From an uncultured Planctomycetia bacterium (lineage in GTDB: Bacteria; Omnitrophota; Gorgyraeia; Tantalellales; Tantalellaceae), in NCBI GenBank assembly GCA_964409365.1, contig CAYPCX010000001.1:64684-128683 (forward strand): a stretch of 64,000 bases of DNA. Reading direction: 5' to 3'. The position numbers and the translations under genes were made by a program. The notes beneath the pieces were generated by a model. The model was not told the origin of the DNA. It saw only the letters and a program-made list of their open reading frames with translations, and ran no database searches. Positions 36,656-45,238 of this stretch are shown here, piece after piece (within the stretch, counting starts at the first letter, position 1; the number at the start of each line of letters is the position of its first letter).

Positions 36656-36666
36656 AGGATAAAGTG

Positions 36667-37809
36667 ATGCGGTATATACCGGTGAATGAACCGCTGCTAG
36701 GGGCTGAAGAACTGAAGAACATACGGGACTGCGTGAAGTCCGGGTGGATCTCCTCTAAAGGGAGTTATATAAGGAAGTTCGAGGAGGACTTCGCCGATTT
36801 TTGCGGGGTAAAATATGCCGTCTCCACTACGAACGGTACCACCGCCATACACCTGGCCCTGGCTTCGCTCGGCCTGAAAAAGGGCGACGAAGTGATAATG
36901 CCCACGTTCACGATGATCGCGACAGCTTATGCCGTTCTTTATACCGGGGCCAGACCCGTATTCGTTGACAGCGAGGAGAAGACCTGGAACATGGACACCT
37001 CGCTCGTCGAAGGCCTTGTCACCCCGAGGACAAAGGCCATAATGCCCGTCCATATCTACGGGCACCCGGTGGACATGGACCCGATACTGGCTCTGGCCGG
37101 AAAGAAGCGCCTCTTTGTCGTTGAGGATGCCGCCGAGGCGCACGGCGCGAAATATAAAGGCAGGAAATGCGGGTCGATGGGCGATATGGGATGTTTCAGT
37201 TTCTATGCCAACAAGATCATTACCACGGGCGAAGGCGGCATGGTGGTCACCGACAGTAAAAAACTGGCCGAAAAAGCGCGGCTTCTCAAGGACCTGGCGC
37301 ATTCACCCAAGAAGAGGTTCCTGCACGTAGACCTGGCCTACAACTACAGGATGACGAACATGCAGGCGGCGATAGGGGCCGCGCAGCTCGATAAGGTGGG
37401 CGCCCTCCTTAAAAAGAAGAGAAGAATAGCGCGGCTTTATAATGAGCGTCTGAAGGACGTCGAAGGCCTGCGGCTGCCGGCGGAAGAAAAATGGGCCTGG
37501 AACGTATACTGGATGTATTCGGTGGTCGTGGAGGACGGTTTCGGGATGACGAGGGACACCCTCATGGAAGATCTGAGGGCCGAGGGCGTCGACACGAGGG
37601 CTTTTTTCGTCCCGATGCACAGCCAGCCCGTTATAAAGAGTTCGGGGATACTTAGAAAAAAGGCCTCGTATCCCGTGGCCGACCGCATATCGAAAAGAGG
37701 CCTGTATCTTCCTACCGGGCTTGCCCTGGAGGAAAAGGATATCGATTTTGTCTGCGCGAAGCTGAAAAAGGTGCAGAAAAAGCACCGGAAGGCGAAAAAA
37801 AGAAGATAA
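36667..37809 (+). CDS. DegT/DnrJ/EryC1/StrS-family sugar aminotransferase
   Basis: MRYIPVNEPLLGAEELKNIRDCVKSGWISSKGSYIRKFEEDFADFCGVKYAVSTTNGTTAIHLA. Confidence 0.85.
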   Translation: MRYIPVNEPLLGAEELKNIRDCVKSGWISSKGSYIRKFEEDFADFCGVKYAVSTTNGTTAIHLALASLGLKKGDEVIMPTFTMIATAYAVLYTGARPVFVDSEEKTWNMDTSLVEGLVTPRTKAIMPVHIYGHPVDMDPILALAGKKRLFVVEDAAEAHGAKYKGRKCGSMGDMGCFSFYANKIITTGEGGMVVTDSKKLAEKARLLKDLAHSPKKRFLHVDLAYNYRMTNMQAAIGAAQLDKVGALLKKKRRIARLYNERLKDVEGLRLPAEEKWAWNVYWMYSVVVEDGFGMTRDTLMEDLRAEGVDTRAFFVPMHSQPVIKSSGILRKKASYPVADRISKRGLYLPTGLALEEKDIDFVCAKLKKVQKKHRKAKKRR

Positions 37810-37813
37810 TTTC

Positions 37814-39229
37814 ATGGGATCCAGGAACCGCACCGCTTTTATCATATCTCATATATTTTTTCTCCTGTCCCTGGCGGCTATCCGCACCATACCGTATGTC
37901 GCGGAATGGGGCAGCGACACTTTTCTTCCCCCGCAGACCAGGCCCGTGCGTTTCTACATAATAGGCCTGTTATCGGCGGTATTCCTTTCGCATTTCCTTT
38001 ATCTGCGTTTTTGTAAGGATTCCGGGACGGAACTTTTCGCATCCGGCGGGACAACGGTGTATTTCTGGTCCGCCACTTCCCTGGTCTTCCTTTTCCTGTG
38101 TTCGGTGCCGGCCGTCCTTTCAAGCGACCTGTATGAATATTCTCTGCGCGCCAGGATGATATCCGTGTACGGCATCAATCCTTATCTTCACGTTCCGACG
38201 GAAGTGGCGAACGACATGTTCTTTCCGCTCCTTTTCTGGAAGGACACCCCGGAATGTTACGGCCCCGCCTGGGTCCTGACGGGCGTCATACATACGCTTC
38301 CTTTTCGGGACAGCCTTTTTCTCACGGCTTTTCTGCACAAATTTCTACTCCTGGTGTTCCTGGGGCTGAGCGGTTACGTCTTTTACAGGATATGCGCCGA
38401 GCTGGACCTTAAGAACGCCGGTATCCTTACCGCGGCTTTTTTGACGAACCCGCTTATCATAATAATGACGGTCGTTGACGGGCACAATGAGATAGCCATG
38501 GTCTTCTTTATGCTGGCTTCCGTATATTTGCTTTTGCGGTCGAAGTATGTGCTCGCGCTGGTGCTTTTCACGGCCGCGGTGCAGGTGAAGTTCGTATATC
38601 TTCTGATAACGCCCTTGGTGATCTTGTATATACTTTTCGGGCCGGGAGGAAAGACACTGAAAAGGCGTATAGGGGAGACGGTGATCGGGGGCGTGATCTC
38701 GGCGGCGCTGGTGGCCGTACTCTGGATTCCTTTCGGGTGGGGGGCCGTGACGGCCATTATCGACTATTACCGGGGCCTCGGCGGTCTTTTCTGGCCGGAC
38801 TCGATACCGTACGCCGTGCAATTCCTACTCGAAAAGGCGGGTGTTGTAGTGTCCAAGCAGGCGGTAGCGGGTGCTTTTTCAGCGCTCTTTGTCGCGCTGT
38901 ACCTTGCGGCGGTCGCATATTTCATAAAACGGCTAAAGACGGATAGACAGGCGATATTCACCGCTTCAAGCCTGATAATACTGGCGCTCCTTTTAACGAA
39001 TTATTCGCCGTTCCAGCCGTGGTATCTCTTGTGGGTACTGCCGCTTATTTTATTGGCACGGTTCAAAAACGGCTTTCTTCTGGTGTCGTTTTTGTCCTAT
39101 TTTCTGATAATGACGTTCTGGAAACGGATGTCCGTTCTGGCCATACCGATGATGATCATGTATTTTGTCGTTCTTTTCAGCCGTGACGCGTGTTCGCGGA
39201 AGATAAAAGCCCTTTTTTCTCTGGAATAG
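37814..39229 (+). CDS. polytopic membrane protein (>=10 TM), possible GT-C-like glycosyltransferase or polymerase
   Basis: Hydrophobic segments throughout. No soluble domain recognised. Confidence 0.35.
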   Translation: MGSRNRTAFIISHIFFLLSLAAIRTIPYVAEWGSDTFLPPQTRPVRFYIIGLLSAVFLSHFLYLRFCKDSGTELFASGGTTVYFWSATSLVFLFLCSVPAVLSSDLYEYSLRARMISVYGINPYLHVPTEVANDMFFPLLFWKDTPECYGPAWVLTGVIHTLPFRDSLFLTAFLHKFLLLVFLGLSGYVFYRICAELDLKNAGILTAAFLTNPLIIIMTVVDGHNEIAMVFFMLASVYLLLRSKYVLALVLFTAAVQVKFVYLLITPLVILYILFGPGGKTLKRRIGETVIGGVISAALVAVLWIPFGWGAVTAIIDYYRGLGGLFWPDSIPYAVQFLLEKAGVVVSKQAVAGAFSALFVALYLAAVAYFIKRLKTDRQAIFTASSLIILALLLTNYSPFQPWYLLWVLPLILLARFKNGFLLVSFLSYFLIMTFWKRMSVLAIPMMIMYFVVLFSRDACSRKIKALFSLE

Positions 39230-40495
39230 GTGACGATGGTCCTTAAAAAAACAATAAGATATCTCGCGTTCAGCCTTGTGCCGCTCTTTGTTATTGTTCT
39301 GGTCCTCGAGTTCGGCCTGAGGGCGTATTTTTACGTGAAACAGGGAGGATACAGGTACAGGATCGAGCGTTTGGTGGAGACCAAGTCGGCCGGTCCATAT
39401 TACGAAGAGGACAGCAAGATAGCAAACGAACTGGGTTTCAGCGGTAAAGGAAAGTTCGATCCCGCCAAAAGACGCGATGAATACAGGATACTGGTCCTGG
39501 GAGGGAGCGGGGCCGCCGGTACCAGGGAGTGCAGTTGGCCGGATGAGATGGGCAAGGAACTTAATAAAAAGGATCTACCCGGCCGCGTTCGCGTCCTTAA
39601 CGGCGGCATAGGGGGACACACCTCGAGCGGGGAAAAAAAGTTCATGACGCGCTGGATGAAACTCAAACCGGACCTTGTTATAGTGTACGACGGGTGGAAT
39701 GACATGTATTATTCCCGCTATCTTCCCGAAGAATATGAAGAGGAGTTCCGGATAGCGAATACCTATTATTATCCCGATCTCGGCGAAAGAATAGAGGATT
39801 TTCTGGTCGAACACTCCATCCTCGTACGTAAGGTCAAGGCCTTGCGCAGGAGGATGAAGACGGCACGGAAAAAAAGGGAAGAAGCCGCAAAAGTGAAAAA
39901 AGAGCAGTATGACGGCCCGGAAGGTGTGGTCGTTCCTGTAGCATTGAACCGGCCGGAAAGGAAGCAGGAGGACACCGGCTACGAAAAGGGCTCTCCCTTT
40001 GACATACGGCTGAACTGGCGCGAGGGGATGAAGATAAAAAAGATATACCCGGACGAAAATATAGAGGACAACATGTCCGATATATATACGACCAATCTGA
40101 GGGAGATGGCGGACCTGGCCCGTAAGAGCGGCGCAAAGGTTATATTCATCGTCCAGCCGGACCTTCTTTATCATTATTCCCGGGATCCCGGTATTTTCGC
40201 GGGGGAAGACGAAGAGGTCCTTTCCGCGATCAAGCACGAGGGGCTCAGGGAGGACTGGATAAACACTACCCGTGTCCTGTATCCAAAGGTATATGAGGCG
40301 ATGGTGACGGTAGCCGGGGAAAAACAGAATGTGATCGGCGTATACAGGATAGACGAGGTGTTTGACGAGGTCCCCGGCAAGGCCTCGTTATGGTCGGATT
40401 CGTGCCACCAGGTGCCGGAAGGCAGGGTAATAATAGGGAAACATATCGCCGATATAGTATATGATGAGGTCTTTTCCGGCGAGGATAAGGAATAA
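39230..40495 (+). CDS. membrane-anchored SGNH/GDSL-like protein (paralog 2 of 3)
   Basis: N-terminal TM helix, then YRILVLGGSGAAGT...VIVYDGWNDM, the GDS(L)-type block I and block III (GxND). Confidence 0.45.
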   Translation: MTMVLKKTIRYLAFSLVPLFVIVLVLEFGLRAYFYVKQGGYRYRIERLVETKSAGPYYEEDSKIANELGFSGKGKFDPAKRRDEYRILVLGGSGAAGTRECSWPDEMGKELNKKDLPGRVRVLNGGIGGHTSSGEKKFMTRWMKLKPDLVIVYDGWNDMYYSRYLPEEYEEEFRIANTYYYPDLGERIEDFLVEHSILVRKVKALRRRMKTARKKREEAAKVKKEQYDGPEGVVVPVALNRPERKQEDTGYEKGSPFDIRLNWREGMKIKKIYPDENIEDNMSDIYTTNLREMADLARKSGAKVIFIVQPDLLYHYSRDPGIFAGEDEEVLSAIKHEGLREDWINTTRVLYPKVYEAMVTVAGEKQNVIGVYRIDEVFDEVPGKASLWSDSCHQVPEGRVIIGKHIADIVYDEVFSGEDKE

Positions 40496-41217
40496 TGAAT
40501 GAGGCGAACATGTTCTTATCGATAGTGATACCGGCGTATAACGAGGAAAAAAGGATAGGCCGGACCCTTTCCCGGATCGATGAATATCTTAAAGCCAGGG
40601 ATTATGAGTGCGAGGTCATAGTCGCGGACGACGGGAGTACGGACGATACCGTCCGCCAGGCGTGGAAAAGCGCGCTCGCGGAGAAAGGCAGGCTCAAGGT
40701 CATCGGGAACGAAATCAACAGGGGCAAGGGCTTCGCCGTCAGGAGCGGGATACTCGGCAGCAGGGGAGAATACGTGCTCATTTGTGACGCCGACCTGTCG
40801 ACGCCTATAGATGAACTGGACAAGTTGTTCACGCACATGAAAGAAGGGCATGACATTGTCATAGGTTCGCGGTCCATTGAAGGGGCCGATATAAGGGTGC
40901 GCCAGCCCTGGTACAGGGAAAGGATGGGGAAGACATTCAATTTTTTCGTGAAGCTTTTCCTGTTCAGGGGCCTGAAAGATACCCAGTGCGGGTTCAAGCT
41001 CTTCAAGGGCGATATCGCCCGGGAGATAGCCAGCATGATGAAGCTCGACGGTTTCTGTTTTGACGTCGAGATGCTTTACCTTGCCCGCAAGAAGGGGCAG
41101 GCCATCAAAGAGGTGGGGATCGTCTGGGACAATTCCCCCCACAGCAAGGTTAAGATATTCGGCAGTTCCACGGATATGTTCCTGGATCTTCTAAAGATAA
41201 AAAGGCTGCATGGATGA
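40495..41217 (+). CDS. GT2 glycosyltransferase, DPM1-like
   Basis: LSIVIPAYNEEKRI...VIVADDGSTDDT...CDADLS. TAATG overlap with the upstream gene. Confidence 0.8.
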   Translation: MNEANMFLSIVIPAYNEEKRIGRTLSRIDEYLKARDYECEVIVADDGSTDDTVRQAWKSALAEKGRLKVIGNEINRGKGFAVRSGILGSRGEYVLICDADLSTPIDELDKLFTHMKEGHDIVIGSRSIEGADIRVRQPWYRERMGKTFNFFVKLFLFRGLKDTQCGFKLFKGDIAREIASMMKLDGFCFDVEMLYLARKKGQAIKEVGIVWDNSPHSKVKIFGSSTDMFLDLLKIKRLHG

Positions 41218-42935
41218 TCGGTGAAAAAAAAGAAAAATATCTAGTCGCTCTCATTATCCTGGCCGCGCTTTGCCTGCGCTTGTGGGGGCTGGGTTTCGGC
41301 CTGCCTTTTGCGCTTCACCAGGATGAACCCATTGTCATAAATCATGCTCTGGCATATGGTTCGGGCGATCTTAATCCGCATTTTTTCATAATACCGCCCC
41401 TCTGCTCATACCTGGTTTTCCTGTGCTACGGGTTTTATTTTCTTATAGGAAGACTGACCGGCCTTTTTCCCGGGGTCACTGATTTCGCGCTTGAGTTTTT
41501 CAAAGACCCTACGGTGTTCTTTTTGATAGCGAGAGTCGTGCTGGGCCTTGTCCCGGGCACGCTGGCTGTGTGGCTCGTATACGTTCTTTACAGGAAGATG
41601 TTTCAGGGTGGGGGAGCTCTCTTTGCCGCGGCTATCATGGCGGTGGCATTCCTGCCGGTCGTCAATTCACATTATGCGTATGTTGACAGCATGATGGTGC
41701 TCTTTGTACTGCTCACGTACATCTTCCTGGCCGATCTTATGAAAAAGCCCCGCGCGGTCAATTATCTTCTTTCGGGAGTATTTCTTGGTCTTGCAGTGAG
41801 CACCAAGTATAACGCGGCGATCCTTATCGTCCCGTGTCTTTTAGCCCATTTTACGGCCGTTAGCGAACACAGGCGGGAGAAGGGGAGTTTGCCGTTCGGT
41901 AAATATTTCCTGCTGGCCGCGGCGGGGGCGGTTGCGGCGTTTCTTATAACTAATCCGTTTGCCGCGCTCGACTGGCCCACTTTTTCGAATGATGCCTTGT
42001 TTAGGATAAGGACCAGGGGCATGGGGTGGACGCATCACATGTCATATTCACTGCTCGAAGGTATCGGGCCGGGGCTCCTTGTGTGGGGCCTGGCGGGCTT
42101 TCTGATGATCCTGATGAGGTGGCGTTTTTCCAGGAAGCTGGTGTTCATTTCGTTCCCGCTCATTTTTTATATGCATCTTGTTTTTCACAGCCAGAGGTTC
42201 TCGAGGTATGCCCTACCGCTTGTACCTTTTTTCGCGATCGCGTGCGCATATCTCTTGTTTGGCCTGCTTTTCCCGCTTGCCCGGACCCGCGGCTGGAAGG
42301 CGCTGGTAGTTGCGCTTGCCTTTGCGCTGGCCGCCCCTACGGCGGGGAAATCCGTCAAGGCGGATATGCTTTTCAGCGGGGAGGACACACGGGCGGTTTC
42401 CGCCGGATGGATACATGAGAACGTTCCGCCCGGCGCGAGAATAGCCGTTGACCACACCTCGTTCAGGCCGCAGATTTCCCAGACCCCTGAACAGCTGACC
42501 CGGAAATATGAGATGGCGGACGCGGAAAAGGGCATGAAGCCCGCGAAAGAGAAAAAATTGCAGTACATGATACAGGCCGCCGAGGAAAAGAGGACATATT
42601 CGGTGTATTTCATGACAGGCGCGGACAGGGAGGTACAATTCCTGTCAGCGGTACCGTCGATAGACGGGGACATGAAGACGCTTAAAGGTTCGGGGATAGA
42701 ATACGTAACAGTGAATTACAATGATATCAGCGGGGGCAAGAAGTACCTCATCGATGAACTGGATGATACTGCCGTGCCGGTGGCCTGGTTCAGCCCGTAT
42801 TACGGCGGAAAGATAGCTCCGCGTTATGACGCGGCGGATATGACTTTTCTGCCCGTCGGGTCCCGGGAGATCTTTTCCAGACACATGACCGGGCCGGTGA
42901 TAGTTATATACAAGATGAAAAAGAGAGGGATATGA
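41214..42935 (+). CDS. GT-C glycosyltransferase, ArnT/PMT (GT39/GT83)-like
   Basis: N-terminal RLWGLGFGLPFALHQDEPIVINHA (DE-loop motif), 11-13 TM helices, and a soluble C-terminal domain. Confidence 0.7.
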   Translation: MIGEKKEKYLVALIILAALCLRLWGLGFGLPFALHQDEPIVINHALAYGSGDLNPHFFIIPPLCSYLVFLCYGFYFLIGRLTGLFPGVTDFALEFFKDPTVFFLIARVVLGLVPGTLAVWLVYVLYRKMFQGGGALFAAAIMAVAFLPVVNSHYAYVDSMMVLFVLLTYIFLADLMKKPRAVNYLLSGVFLGLAVSTKYNAAILIVPCLLAHFTAVSEHRREKGSLPFGKYFLLAAAGAVAAFLITNPFAALDWPTFSNDALFRIRTRGMGWTHHMSYSLLEGIGPGLLVWGLAGFLMILMRWRFSRKLVFISFPLIFYMHLVFHSQRFSRYALPLVPFFAIACAYLLFGLLFPLARTRGWKALVVALAFALAAPTAGKSVKADMLFSGEDTRAVSAGWIHENVPPGARIAVDHTSFRPQISQTPEQLTRKYEMADAEKGMKPAKEKKLQYMIQAAEEKRTYSVYFMTGADREVQFLSAVPSIDGDMKTLKGSGIEYVTVNYNDISGGKKYLIDELDDTAVPVAWFSPYYGGKIAPRYDAADMTFLPVGSREIFSRHMTGPVIVIYKMKKRGI

Positions 42936-45229
42936 AACGGAAAGAGCACGCTGTTTTCATAGCCATATTCTCTTTGCTGGCCGTGGTCCTTTTCTGGAAA
43001 GTGGTTCTCCTAAGGCAGACTTTCATACGAGGTGACTATCTTCAGCAGTTCTTTCCGTGGTCGATGTTCTATGCCCAGAGCATAAAGAACTTCATCCTGC
43101 CGCTATGGATCAGGTACGTGCAGTCGGGTTTTCCGCTTTTCGCGGAGGGGCAGACCGGGATGTTATATCCCCTGAACCTGGCCATGTTCTTCTTTTTGCC
43201 GTTCAGGGTAGCGTATAATTACTCTTTTATACTGCACTTTTTCCTCGCGGGATTTTTCACTTATCTTCTTTCAAGAAAACTCGGAGCAGACCTCTGGGGA
43301 GGACTGGTCTCTGCCATCATGATCTGTTTCGGGAGCGTTTACGCGGGGCTTTTTGTCAATATCGCCGCATTGAGATCACTGGCTTGGCTGCCGGCGGTGT
43401 TCCTCTTATACGAGCTCTACATGGAGAAGGGCAGCAGGGGTTATGTCCTCATTATCGGGGCGCTGGCCGGCATGCAGCTTTTGGCCGGTTCTTTCCAGAT
43501 GACGTTCTATGCTTTCGGGTTCTATCTGCTCTATTTTTTCTACCGGAGCCGTCTGGAAAAGAAAAGTTTTCTGTCCTTCGTTCTTGATGCGGCGACGGTT
43601 CTCTTTATCGCGGCGCTTATAAGCCTGCCGCAGACGGTATCAACTTTCCAGCTGGCCGAGCTTTCCAACAGGCCGTCGAGGACGCTGGGGTTCGCTCTCT
43701 GGGATTCGTTCTCGCCGTTCACTTTTCTTGGATGCTTCACGCCGTACGTTGCCGGGATCTTTTCGTTCTCGAGGGGAGCCGTTCTTTCAAGCACCAATAT
43801 ACTATATGTCGGTATCACGGGGCTTTTCCTGGCATCGTTTGCGATATGGTTGTCGGGAAAGTCCGTGAAACTGCGTCCTTTCGTGCTTCTCCTGGGGGTG
43901 TCCCTCTTTTTCGCGCTGGGCAAATATAATCCTCTTTATGTGCTGCTTCTGGACTTTTTCAAGTTCTATTCGTTCCGCGTGCCGTCAAGGTTCATCTATT
44001 TCAGTATATTCTCGCTTTCTATTCTCGGGGGAGCAGGGTTTACGGCCTTTTTGCGATGGAAAGAGATGGTCCCGTCAGTTATTTACAGGACTTTTCTGGT
44101 GATCTTACCGCTGGTTGTGGCAGTGGCGCTGGCCCTGATGGTCGCGTTCACGTATTTCGGCCCCGTAATACTGGAAAAAGCCGAGGACTATGTCGAGAGC
44201 AGCGTTTTCGGCGAGACCCACCACAGGTATGATCTTGATACTTACCTGGAGAAGACCCGCGAAGTCTATGATCTGGCCAGGGAAGAACTTTCGTTCAGGA
44301 ACGCGAAACTCGGTCTCAGCCTTGTTCTGATCCTTTTCGCATGGGGAGGACTCGTCTGGATAAGGCGCCCCGAAAAAGGGAAAAAGCAACTGATATATCT
44401 TAAAAGCACCTGTATCGTACTCTTTTTGTGTTTGGAACTCTTTACTTTCAGGTCTCTGGTGAAGATGTTCCCCGATACCGACAGTTTCAGTTACGGCGAA
44501 CCGGAAGAAAAAAGGATATTCAGTGTATTGGAGAATGACAAGACCCTTTTCAGGATCCTGCCGTTCAGCAGGTACAGAGAGACCCCGGAGTGGCTGCGCC
44601 CCAGCATGAACGCACGATATGGTATAGACAGTGCCGCGTTATATACCCCCCTTATAAACAGGGATTATTTTATGGCGATGAAAGGTCTGGGTAACATAGA
44701 TGACGCGATGGGCATCTATCCGCCCAGCGGGAAGGAATTATACGAAAAGATAGACCTCTTGAGATGGTTGAACGTGAAGTACGTTATATCCGTTGAAAAG
44801 TTGAAGCACCGTTCACTGGATCTGATAAACAAAGAAAATGATATATATTTATACAGGTTGGATGGATCCATCCCGAGGTTTTCGTTTTCCGGATCCCTGG
44901 AAAAAGCAGAACCTCTGGACGCGGAGATCGAGGTGAAAAAGTACCGTTCGGGGTATGCTGAAGCCCTGGTGAACAACGGGAAAGAGGGGTTCCTGGTCTT
45001 TTCGGAGAAGAACTATCCGGGATGGAAAGCGTACGTTGACGGTAATGAAGCTGTGATACACAAGTTTTCCCGGGTACTGCAGGCCGTGAAAATAGCTCCG
45101 GGGGAACATTCCGTGGTCTTTTCCTATAGGCCGGATCATTCGTTCACGCTTATCGCGATGGGTTGTTTGGTTTTTGTAGCGGCGCTCGCCGCCGGGTTCT
45201 TCATGATATCAAGTAAACGGGAGGTTTAA
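42932..45229 (+). CDS. YfhO-family membrane glycosyltransferase (GT-C)
   Basis: FIRGDYLQQFFPWSMFYAQSIKNFILPLWIRYVQSGFPLFAEGQTGMLYPLN is the canonical YfhO N-terminal block. 765 aa. Confidence 0.7.
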   Translation: MKRKEHAVFIAIFSLLAVVLFWKVVLLRQTFIRGDYLQQFFPWSMFYAQSIKNFILPLWIRYVQSGFPLFAEGQTGMLYPLNLAMFFFLPFRVAYNYSFILHFFLAGFFTYLLSRKLGADLWGGLVSAIMICFGSVYAGLFVNIAALRSLAWLPAVFLLYELYMEKGSRGYVLIIGALAGMQLLAGSFQMTFYAFGFYLLYFFYRSRLEKKSFLSFVLDAATVLFIAALISLPQTVSTFQLAELSNRPSRTLGFALWDSFSPFTFLGCFTPYVAGIFSFSRGAVLSSTNILYVGITGLFLASFAIWLSGKSVKLRPFVLLLGVSLFFALGKYNPLYVLLLDFFKFYSFRVPSRFIYFSIFSLSILGGAGFTAFLRWKEMVPSVIYRTFLVILPLVVAVALALMVAFTYFGPVILEKAEDYVESSVFGETHHRYDLDTYLEKTREVYDLAREELSFRNAKLGLSLVLILFAWGGLVWIRRPEKGKKQLIYLKSTCIVLFLCLELFTFRSLVKMFPDTDSFSYGEPEEKRIFSVLENDKTLFRILPFSRYRETPEWLRPSMNARYGIDSAALYTPLINRDYFMAMKGLGNIDDAMGIYPPSGKELYEKIDLLRWLNVKYVISVEKLKHRSLDLINKENDIYLYRLDGSIPRFSFSGSLEKAEPLDAEIEVKKYRSGYAEALVNNGKEGFLVFSEKNYPGWKAYVDGNEAVIHKFSRVLQAVKIAPGEHSVVFSYRPDHSFTLIAMGCLVFVAALAAGFFMISSKREV

Positions 45230-45238
45230 AAGGACGCG

